The position numbers were made by a program, and so were the translations under genes. From assembly GCF_000400465.1 (NCBI RefSeq), contig NW_008806294.1, positions 1 through 32,000 on the forward strand: 32,000 nt of DNA, read 5' to 3'. The notes under the pieces were generated by a model. The model ran no database searches. It saw only the letters and a list, made by a program, of their open reading frames with translations, and was not told the origin of the DNA. Of the stretch, positions 20,260 to 30,600 are shown piece by piece. This DNA comes from Wallemia ichthyophaga EXF-994 (taxonomy: Eukaryota; Fungi; Basidiomycota). Each line of letters starts with the position of its first letter. The stretch's first letter is position 1.

Positions 20260-21942
20260 TCACACCCCATATGGCCCTGGCCAGCTCAAAGCACCTGGAT
20301 TCGCCACTTGGCATGCGTTCGTGGTGAACGACGGCATCCTTGCGGGAGTGCGTGAAGATGGAGTGGTTTGCGATATGTGTGCGATGTGTGAGTCGTGTGT
20401 CTCATGTGCCTCGCCTGCCTTGTCCTGTCGGTATGAAGAGCTAACGACGAACCACCTAGCGCTGTTGAGTGTGTGGGTGTGTGTATGTGCGTAACCGTTA
20501 CTCTGACTTTGACTCTCCTCCTTTACTCCCTCATCCATCTCCATCCCTTTCACCCCCATCTCATCTGACGGTCCAAGCAATGCTGCAATAGAGAGTGGGT
20601 TGGCTGGATGGCTTAGCTGCGGGGCCGGGTGAGGGGAGTGCTGTTTGTAGCGGGGTGAGTGGTGAGTATGGTGATTCGGATGAGTAGGTATAGTGTGTCC
20701 ACCTTGTCCACCTCCTCTCCTCCCTAACCGCGCCACGCCCAGCCATCTATCGAAATCGGCGAAGAACTGCAGCAGACGCGCGTCGAATGCGTTTGAGTGC
20801 GAGCGTGATTGGGGGTATGCGTATGAGTATGACTGCTTCTCCGCAAATTTACACTCCAGCGCGTGCAAATGCTCACCCAAATCACTCGTACTCTCAGACA
20901 TATCTAGGAAATTACCTAAGCGATCACGCAGCATCCCATCCAACTCCTCCGCCTGCACTATGCTCTTATCACTGAAGAGCATCTTGAGTGCGTTGCTGAG
21001 TTTTTGTTTTTCTGACATCGGGTTTGACGTTGTTTGCGCAGAAATAGGCATCCGCGTCATCCCTAATAAAACCTCCGCTGGTCGTACTCCCTTCCACTCA
21101 TATTCCATGTAGCCCTGGATTAGAGCATATGTGAGTAAGTCTGCGAAAAGTGTGTACCAGTGTGTGGATGGGTGTGATGTGTGCGACATTTCAGATTCGC
21201 AAGATTCTTCCATTAGACTGCCTTTCCCCGCTGTTTGCAATATAAACTGGGAATTCAACCCATCTAACAAAGATTGATAAGTATTAAGTGAGATTGATTG
21301 TGCTTTTAATTCTTGTTGTAATGTCTCAAGTCTAGAATGGTACTCCTTGGGAATGTCTTGTAGGAGATATGAGGAGATAATGATGAAAGAAGGGATAACG
21401 TCAATTAGATTGTTTAATCGAGTTAGATTAGTTGAAGATGAAAATTTGCAACCATTGTTATAAACCTCAATCGCTTTATCAGATGGATTTATAGTAGATA
21501 AGGAACGTAAAGGAAATATCCAAGCAGCTTCAGGACCAGCGCCTCTAGGGATCGAGTTAAAGATAGATTTCTTCTGAGAATTAAAGAGATTGAGAATCAA
21601 GTGGAGATGTGTGAGAGAGTGAGTGGATTGTATAAGCCTATCTAAGGCGTTTGAGAGGATAAGTCTGTATTCCACTTTTACATCCAAGTGATGGCAGACG
21701 ATGTGTTTGTGGAGGTTGGGAGTGCCATTGCCACCACCGACGCTACCACCGCTTCCTAAAAACTCAAACTTCCCAACAAGACCCAAATAAACCAAATAAT
21801 CGAAAATCAATTCCTTTGAAGATGATTTATTTTGAGCAACGTTGAATTGATTTATTGGATAATTCCAGATATTTTTACTTTTGTATTGCTGATTGTGCGT
21901 ACTGCTCTCATCTCTAATGATAATGCTCCTACTTCTAGCCAT
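20260..21942 (-). CDS. Hypothetical protein (560 aa, single ORF)
   Basis: Uninterrupted 560-codon ORF from an ATG. It has helical globular segments (ELIFDYLVYLGL; HWYTLFADLLTYALIQGYMEYEWKG) and a His/Pro-rich low-complexity C-terminus. No family confidently recognised. Confidence 0.75.
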   Translation of the reverse strand: MARSRSIIIRDESSTHNQQYKSKNIWNYPINQFNVAQNKSSSKELIFDYLVYLGLVGKFEFLGSGGSVGGGNGTPNLHKHIVCHHLDVKVEYRLILSNALDRLIQSTHSLTHLHLILNLFNSQKKSIFNSIPRGAGPEAAWIFPLRSLSTINPSDKAIEVYNNGCKFSSSTNLTRLNNLIDVIPSFIIISSYLLQDIPKEYHSRLETLQQELKAQSISLNTYQSLLDGLNSQFILQTAGKGSLMEESCESEMSHTSHPSTHWYTLFADLLTYALIQGYMEYEWKGVRPAEVLLGMTRMPISAQTTSNPMSEKQKLSNALKMLFSDKSIVQAEELDGMLRDRLGNFLDMSESTSDLGEHLHALECKFAEKQSYSYAYPQSRSHSNAFDARLLQFFADFDRWLGVARLGRRGGGQGGHTIPTHPNHHTHHSPRYKQHSPHPAPQLSHPANPLSIAALLGPSDEMGVKGMEMDEGVKEESQSQSNGYAHTHTHTLNSARWFVVSSSYRQDKAGEAHETHDSHIAHISQTTPSSRTPARMPSFTTNACQVANPGALSWPGPYGV

Positions 21943-22154
21943 CGTTGGTGATATCGTTGATGATGATGGTGCTTATCACCACGCCACCTTCCTAAACCCA
22001 CAAATATCGCTAAAAACCGGAGATGGTATCGGGTGAATTACATAAATCAGATTCACATAATACACCTTTCTATTAATATACTTGACACAGCCCTCTTGCA
22101 ATTGGCGGACATTCGAAAATTTTGGATCTAGTAAAATCCCCAATACAGCCGATT

Positions 22155-22168
22155 TGACAGAGCTGTCA
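22155..22168. promoter_or_regulatory. Dyad TGACAG-AG-CTGTCA in the divergent promoter of the hypothetical gene and the GMC oxidase
   Basis: Perfect 6-bp inverted repeat with a 2-nt spacer. TGACAG is the half-site of TALE-class homeodomain factors. Function not shown. Confidence 0.25.
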
Positions 22169-22292
22169 CGGTGATTGAATAATAAAATTATTTAATTTTA
22201 GGTTTTTACTCGGTATCATTTTTATTTAATTACATTCCAAACTTAGCAACTGAAGCTTCGACACGAGCCACCAAGAAGTAGAAACTCGACAA

Positions 22293-25200
22293 ATGAAATT
22301 ACAGATATCCTCATTGTTATTGGCTTCATTGGCATCATCAACTTTGGCCGCGTATAACCCACACTCACAGCACAAGCATTGGTTGACTTCCCGCGCGGAT
22401 ACTTCCGACGACGTAAGCAAAGTCAATAACAAAGACTTTGATTTCATTGTCGTTGGTGGTGGTGTTGGTGGTTTAGCCGTTGCCGCTAGAATCAGTGAGA
22501 ATGAAAACCTCACTGTGGCTGTAATTGAAGCTGGTGGTGATGGATCTGAGCACGAAGATCAGATTTATATTCCAGGTTACTCCTACTTGAATGGTTTAAC
22601 AGTCTCTGATTACGATTGGAATTACAAAGTCGTTCAACAACAAGTTATCAACGGCAACGACCAGACCTTCGGTTCTAGATGGCCACGTGGTAAAGGTCTA
22701 GGTGGTTCTGGTGCTATCAACGGTCTTTTCTGGTGTAGAGCTTCTAGCGATGAGTACAACGCTTGGAACACCCTCAACCCAGACTCACGTATCGATTGGG
22801 GTTGGGAAGAAATGCAAAAGTACATGAAAAAGTCTGAGACACTTCACAAGCCAAGTCAAGAACACATTGACACCTTCAACATTAACTTTGATGAAGAATA
22901 CCACGGTACTGATGGCCCTATTCAAGTTGGATGGCCATACTACATCTATGACCCTGTCAAGCACTGGATTCCTGCTTACGATTCTCTCGGTATTAATATC
23001 CCAGAAGATGGTGCTTCTGGTAACAACCACGGTCCTGTCATCACTACTTCCACCATCAACCCATCAAACATGTCACGCTCTGATCCAAAAGCTGGCTACA
23101 TCGACCCTCTCCCTCCACGTCCAAATCTCACTATCCTTACTAACCATCAAGTCACTACTGTCGACTTCAGTGATGAAAAAGACGCTGATGGTAACCTCGT
23201 CGCAAATGGTGTCTACTTTGGCAAGACTGATGGCTCAACTGATTCAAACGACTACTTCCGTGCAACTGCAAACAAGGAAGTTATTTTGTCTGGTGGCACT
23301 GTCAATACTCCACAAACCTTGCAACTTTCCGGTATAGGTCCTGAAGATCTCCTTCAGCAATACGACATTGAAGTAAAGAATGCTTTACCAGGTGTTGGTC
23401 ACAACCTTCAAGATCACGCTGCAACTTCAGTCTATTTCAACACAAACGTCGCTGAAACGTGGTACGAGCTTAAGGATGATCAAACGGCTGCTGTTGAATT
23501 AGAAAAGTGGAGAAATGACGACGGTAAATCAAAGTGGTCATACGTCAACCAAGCTATCGCTTACCCAGATGCAAATGACATCATGTCTGACCAACTTGAC
23601 AACTTTTCATCAAATATCCAAAACAACATTGATGAATACGCTGACTCTGTCAAGAACATGTACAATGAAGACGACACTGTTATTGCTGGTATGCGTGAAC
23701 AATGGAACATCACCCATGGTTACCTCGATAAGGAAGTTGGTCAGCTGGAGATGTTAATGACCATGTTGGGTGGAGGCCCAGGTGAAATTGGTTTCCAACT
23801 TGCTATCCAACATCCATTCAGGTGAGTTTTGATTTTTGCGTTTGTCTAACTCTACTCACATAAAACAGTCGTGGTGTTATTGAAATCCAATCCAAAGATC
23901 CATTCACCCACCCTGCCATTGATCCAGGCTACTTAACACACTCAGCTGACATGGAAATTATGCGTCAGGGTGTTCGCTTTGCTATTGAGTTATCCAAGGC
24001 TGGTGAAATGGGTGACTACATTACCAAACAAGAGAACTACAACAACAACACAGATGAGGCTATTGATATGGCTATCAGAAACGACGCACACACTGAGTAC
24101 CACCCACTCGGTACGGCTGCTATGCTTCCACTAAACAAGGGTGGTGTTGTCAACACATCTCTGATTGTCTACGGTACTTCAAACCTTAGAGTAGTTGACT
24201 CTTCAATTATCCCAATAGAGATTAGCGCACACTTGATGGCGACTACTTATGGTATTGCTGAGAAGGCAGCTGATATCATCAAGACTCACTACAGTCAAGA
24301 TGATCCGGACGAAAGAAACAAACAAGGTAGCAGCAGCTCAGAGGAAGGCGATGGCGACAGTGGTGCTAACAAGAAGGGCATCGCTATTGGCGTAGTTGTC
24401 GGTATTGTCGGATTGGCTACTATTGGTGTTAGTATTTAAGCTTCTTAAACCGACATACCGATTCTCCAACTTCCATCTCTCTTTTGTTGCTTTATTCGTT
24501 TCTCGCTTCTCCACTTCTTCGCTATTTCGAACAGAAACTCTATATTGGATTAGATTAGATATTTCACTCGCTTCTTTCTCACTTGGCTTCTTTCTTACCT
24601 TCTCACACTGCGATGAAAATTCGCTAGTAATTAGAACAATTTTCTCTTATTAACATATTCCACAAATTCACACATTCACTGATACGAATACATTCATTTT
24701 GAAATAAACAAAAGCACTGAGAAGGCTATGCCTCCACTCCACACCCACTCCCACTCCCCGTCTATTTATGAAAAAGCACTGACACCTACTCCAGGCCGTC
24801 GCATGGGCTGTCCGCAGGAACATGAAGAAGCGTGCCTGGGCGCACAGCATGGCAGTGAGCACCGGAAGGGGGGTAGAAGCAGAAGGAGAAGGGTCACCTA
24901 CGTGGGGATACAAGGAGGGATCTAGTGCGAATTTGACAGGTGGCGTGGGTGCTGGTGGATTAGCTGCAGCAGGTGCAGGTGCAGGTGCGGTTGCAGTTAC
25001 CTCACAATCAGATGACACACTCTCCCCGTCTCGTCCCTCCTTTCATAGCTACGACGGATTTGACGGCGGCGCAGGCGTAGCTGTCTCGGATCTCCTCACT
25101 AATGGTCACGGATACGGTGTCGTACCTCAGCATGTGAGTTGTGGAGTGTTTTCTTTTTATAGAACTCTTCCTAGATTTTCTAGAAGGGAAGAGGGGAGTG

Positions 25201-25456
25201 GACGTGCATTGTCTTGTCGGCGAGACGTCTGCTGTCTCAAGACTCCCCTTCTGCCCACCCTGCCCTGCCAACTCTGATCAGATGTACTGACATAGCATAG
25301 GACTTCTCTAGATCTATCTCGTCAATCGAGAGGGCCGAGCAGGCCCAGGCCCAGGCACAAGCCCAGGCACATACGCACGCCCAGGACGAATACCAGCAGA
25401 CTCCATCGCTCTCTTCCACACATGACGTGCATACAACACCGCTGTTTAAGCAGTAG
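22293..25456 (+). CDS. GMC (AA3) oxidoreductase with signal peptide and predicted C-terminal TM helix plus cytoplasmic tail, 4 exons
   Basis: Signal peptide; FAD motif FIVVGGGVGGLAVAAR; WPRGKGLGGSGAINGL; LQLSGIGP; VGHNLQDH; HPFSRG across intron 23822-23868; catalytic EYHPLGT and SAHLMATTYGIAEKAADII. Inferred introns 24428-24794 and 25134-25300 add a TM completion and tail ending at TAG 25454-25456. The product call is firm; the last two exons are about 0.7 confidence. Confidence 0.88.
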
Positions 25457-25651
25457 CATTAGCAGGTGCAGGAGCAGGAGGACTAGCAATTGCATTAGCA
25501 TACCAAATATCAAGATCAAGATCAGGGTAATAGACATTACAAATAAATATACAACACACAGACCCACTGCTTTATAGCGAACGAACAATGTTAAGTTTCC
25601 TGTAAAAAATATTTATTCTCTTTCACATCCTACAAAGCCGTTAAGGCGTTT

Positions 25652-26095
25652 TCATGTGCTCATGTTCATATCGCCGCCCGTCTTTTGTAATTCAGCTCTG
25701 AGCTGGTGGCTGAAATCGTCGTCTTGGCTGTTGCGGAGGTTAATGGAATTGTACACTGCACAAGAAATTCCACCCACTCGTCGTCGTCCCAGCTATCCTG
25801 CCACAATTTGTCGTTTGTGGCCATGTTGCTCACCTCGCACTCGTCGTCTCTCCAGTCTGTGAGGGGATGAGTGTGAGTGTGTGTGTGTTTATGTGTGGGC
25901 GGCTGTATTTGCGTGTGTGCGTATGATTACCTCTACGCCCACGCTTACGCCCACCACGCCAACGCGTTCGCACTCACCATCCACCTCAAACTCCTCAAAC
26001 TCGTCATCTTCTTCAAGTGCTCCGAGCTGCGGCACTGAGTTTGTTTCCTCATTTGCCTTTTGCTTGTTGATTTCAACTTTCTGGGTGACGTCCAT
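25652..26095 (-). CDS. SEM1: 26S proteasome lid/TREX-2 subunit Sem1/Dss1, 3 exons
   Basis: ATG at 26095. The exons give LGALEEDDEFEEFEVD|DWRDDE..LWQDSWDDDD|QDDDFSHQLRAEL. Introns 25977-25857 and 25777-25728; stop TGA at 25654-25652. Confidence 0.93.
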
Positions 26096-26169
26096 TGGTG
26101 GTTGTAGATAACGCAAACAGATAAATATTTAAATATTTTCTTTTATTAACTTTTATTTACATTCTACAT

Positions 26170-27506
26170 TCAACTTTGCCATACTCCCGCTTCTCGCATC
26201 CCTCGCACCAACGCATCCACATTACCCAGCCAGTTGCCGAGTATTATCTTCTTCTCATCGACGCTACGCGTACTGTCTTGTGTCGTTGGTGGCGGTATAC
26301 GCACTTCTCCATTGACGCGCGGTGTGCGAGGTGTGCGCGGTCCCTGTGCCTGTGCCTGTCCACTCACCGGTGTACCCATCCGCGACGACGGCACTGAGCG
26401 TTTCTTTTCAGGTGTCTTGGGCAGCGGCTGTTGCTGCTGCGTCACTTGCAGGCTGTCATTGTGCGCCATCGGTATTGGCGGTACTGGTGGTATATCCTCC
26501 ATCTTCTCCATACGCCCACCAACTTTGAGATCAGAATGCGAGCGCGTGTGCGTCGGTGCGAGCTTACGTCTGTTCTCTCTCCCTTCTCTGCCCTCATCTG
26601 CACTGCCGCTGCCACTACTACCGCCAGTAACTCCTCCACCGCCGCCATATGATATATAGCGCAGCCTCGATGGCCGCCGACCAGCATCGATAGAGTAGCT
26701 CGATTTGTGTTTCTTAAGCGGCGATTTGGGCGAGTATGGCACGTCGCTGATATGCTCGATTGCCTTGTTGATAGGCTGGTCATCTTGTTTTTCACCCGTC
26801 TCACTCTTCTCGGGGAGGAGGTAGAAGTAGAGCAGTTCGAGCGACTTGACTCTGACTGCCGCATCCACGCCTTTGCGACGCAGGACACGCACAATGCATT
26901 CCAATCCTCTAAGATGCTCAAGCGTGCGTATAGCCGTGGTGCTACCTGCGATAACGCACAGTAACGCATCGAGTACGTCTGCAGCAACGAGAGTAGTATC
27001 CACAGAATGCGATCCCACTACGCTAACATTCAGCAGCTCGAAAAGTATTTCCATCGCCGCCGTCGTTGATAGCCCCCTCTTGCACTGCCCATTAAGCAGC
27101 GAGAGCCCCTGCAAGATTGAGAGCGTGATCGATATCTCTGTGCTACTCTCTGCGGGTATATCGCGTGTAAATGCGCGCAAATGGCTTATCAACACTGTTG
27201 ATACTGCGTTTGATTAGTCTTTATCTTATGCTCGATATACGCGACGTACGCTTCTCCAATAAACAGCGCATTCCTCGCATTCTCCTTTCAAACTCCGCTT
27301 CACTCGCTTTCCCTTTCACTACCAAACTCGCTAGATTCCGCTCGAGCGCTATCAGCTGCGCCGTCCGCGTACTACTCGTGCTCCTGATCGACGTGAGCTG
27401 GTAGTTTGTGAGAATCACTTGGATGATAATACCAGACACTAACAGCCTCTATTGTCTCTGATATCTGCCTTTCCATCCGCCGCGTTTCTTCTTCGTGCCG
27501 ATTCAT
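26170..27506 (-). CDS. cdc14: Septation-initiation-network Cdc14 (S. pombe type ARM-like protein, not the phosphatase), 3 exons
   Basis: ATG at 27506. Motifs LSILQGLSLL..CKR, MEILFELL, DVLDALLCVI..IRTLEHLRGL, VRVKSLELLYFYLLPE and C-terminal RSVDEKKIILGNWLGNVDALV, matching the fungal CDC14 SIN family. Confidence 0.8.
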
Positions 27507-27662
27507 GATCGACGTTAGTGCACAACCTCCGAAATTTAAAATATGTAATTGATATTATGTACTTGATGATAACATGGCTATATAGTTAGAATAATATATT
27601 ACAGTAAATCCCTCGCGATTTGCATTAATTGTAGCGATTAATTCTTGTTCGTGAAATTTTTA

Positions 27663-30600
27663 TTACTTCCCCTCCAAAAAGGCTAGTGCCTGGCTTCTGT
27701 TACGCGTCTGCTCCTCCTCAGACTTCTCGCCATCCCTGACGAGCACGATATCCTTAACCTGCTTCTTTTTCAAGCTGCCCTTCAGATTCTGCGGGCTCTC
27801 TAAAGTCGTCATATACTTGTCCTCCTCGCCGCTCTGGCTCTGCTGTTGCGACTGCGACAATCTCGCCAGACTCTTCCTGAACTCCTTTTTGTGGTTTTTG
27901 TATTTAATGTATTCCTCCGCCACCGCATTTCTCTCTTCTATGTTCGCTGCACTGTCGAACAAGAACTCCTTCTGCTCTTCGTCGCCGTATTCGTGGTAGT
28001 TGCGCGGTGGAAGACTGAGACGGGCAGGTGCGTGAATTGAGCGTCGCTTAGAATTGCGTGCGTACGTCGTTGACTCCTTCGACTCCTTCCCGCCTTCTTT
28101 CGCATCGCTCCCCCCTTTAGCTTCAGCTTCATCCGTTTCCACGCTTGCTAGCTTGTCTTCTGAGTCTTTCGCCACCTGGAGGAGCTGCGACTGGCGGATG
28201 AATTGTTGCGAGCGCTGTATGTTTCTGAGACTAAGACATTGTCAGCAAGACCACCACTACACAATACACACTACCTACTCCTTTTGTATGATTTCAGTCT
28301 TTTCCTGAACTGGTTCCGCCTCTTCATCCATCGACTGCCTCCTACTCGCCTCCAGATCGCTCAGTGCTCTCTCCAATTTATTCTGTATCATAGACATGGT
28401 CTTCTGCACTTGGTACGTCGATCTGCTCTCACTATCTGAAAGACCCTTGTCATCATCGTTCGACAGCTTCTCTACATAATCGTCATCTACAGCGTACTCT
28501 TCCGGGATAGCACTCTCTAACGAATTGGACTTCTGATGAGAATACCTTTTATCACCAATCCAAGGGCTGTTGCTTCGCGATGTCTGACCTGCTTTATCCA
28601 ACTGTCCGATAGCATCGCTGAGGTTGGTTGTAATATGTGACACCATATCATCCCTCTCGTTCTCAAACCTGCGCAGCTGAGTCTGCATCACGTCCAGCTC
28701 AGCCAATGCACCCGCTCTCAAGAATTCCGTCTGACGGAGCTGGTTCACCAAGCTATCCCTCGCTTTAGTCTGCTGGATGACCATCCCCGACAGTCGCTTA
28801 CTCTCTCTCCTCTCCCTATCAATCTTGCTGCGCAGATGAGACGCCTCCCAAGACAGCCTCTCAGCATAACTTTCGAACTGCTCAAAACGTTTCTTCCACT
28901 GCTCGCTCTTGACGACCAAAAACCCAAGACGTTTGTTTAGCTTGCCGATCCTCGTCTCGAGCTCGTCCCTGCTATCGACAAACTGCGCAACGCGGGCTCG
29001 TATAGCCTGTTGAGTTTTCTGCTCAGTTGCGCTCAACCGTGGCAAGCGCTTATGAGAACGAGTGAGCAGATTCATGATACTGAATGGGCGTCTATGACGG
29101 GAAGCTAGAACGCTATCGAATGCGCCTAGGATGGACTGTGGATCCCACCAATAAGGTGCTTGTACACGCTCAATGGTGCTAGGCGCTTTCCCTCTCGACT
29201 CTACCTGACACAGAGGCATGAACCTGCCTGACGGAAATGCTTCCTTGAATTCAGAAGGCACTGATTCGTCGGGACGGTATGTGCCGAACGATGCCACTAG
29301 CTTCTGCTTTTTCTTCTCCCTCTGACTACCCGTACTGACATATCCAGATGGCGGATTGATACACTGCACAAAGTTCATGTCGAGGTCGACTGCACATACT
29401 TCAGCGGGCGGCTTGAGAGAATAGCGCACCTCGGTGCGGGCACCTATAATTGACTGTCCTGGATCTTCCAAGAGGATTGCGTAGTCGCGCGCATGTACTA
29501 TCTGGTGCACCTGCCCTGCCCAACCCCTACTCTCGACCATATACTGCAGCGTTAGACAGGCTACACCGAGCATTTGCGGGTATCGCGATAAGAAGAGTAT
29601 GCGTCCAGTAGGCGCAAGTGCTATCTCACATACAGTGAGGATGTTCTCAATAGAAAGACACTTGAACAGAGGCCATGATGTGAATCCCGTTTCGAGCAGA
29701 TTCTGTCCAAAATTGATAGCACCAGGCATACGAGCAATCACTGTGAGTGAAGAATCAGCCTTCTTCTTGTCTTTTCGTTTCCTCTCATCCTTCTCATCCA
29801 GTCGACGATGCTTGTGCGCACGTCCAGCTGCTGGCAACTTGATCATCTCTCCGTACTTTGGAGCTGGTTTCTCCAACAGGCTCTTCATAGTTGCGCTATG
29901 AGAGCTAATGTCGCGACTATGCATCGCCCAGCTAATCGATAGGTAATCAGCAAGAACGTCATAGATTGGATGCGTAGAAACTAGAGTGAGGCTGTAAGGC
30001 AGCCAAAATAGTGTCTCTTCAGGCACAGCGCCGGTTAAAGGAGCATCTTCATACGCCAATCCTGCACCGACTTGGCTAGGCAGAGCATCATTCACATCGC
30101 TTAATATATCTGTTGTATCTCCAACAGTAGCAGTGTCATCCTCTGCATCCTCATAATCTTCGTTGTCACTGTTGCGAGACGCTTCATCTGTACCACCATT
30201 TCCATTCACGTTAAGCCTCTTTTGCATTAAGTCCTCGCGTTTATCGGTGGTTGATGCTTGACTGAGACTCTCTGCGCGGCGCTGACGCGAAGATAACGCC
30301 TTCCGAATAGCATGTGCTCGTCCTGGATCGGCATGCGACCACGTTTGGAGGACAACGCCGTAATATGTCTTGCGGCCATCTCTGTCTACACCGGGCTGTT
30401 GATCGTTAAGACCTAGTGGATCTGGCTGTTGGTATGTTTGGTTATTCCAGTCGTACTTTTTTGAATCATTGGTTGTTTGAGTATTCGCCCAGCCTGAATT
30501 GAATGAGTTGGATTGCTGCGAGTTGATTGAGTTCGACGTATAGCCGGTATTGGATCGCTGTGAAGCCACGCTGAATGAAAAAGAGTGCATTGTGGATGGA

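Noticed and set aside
24609-24720. Possible C/D snoRNA in the long GMC intron (GCGATGA ... CTGA, with CCTTCTCA/TGAGAAGG pairing)
   Set aside because: The C box is imperfect, the stem overlaps the D box in a non-canonical register, and I could not recognise an rRNA or snRNA guide.
24668-25271. Minus-strand ORFs 24668-25018 and 25008-25271 as separate genes
   Set aside because: They start at non-ATG codons or mirror the Gly/Ala-rich plus-strand tail exon, which has better splice and topology support.
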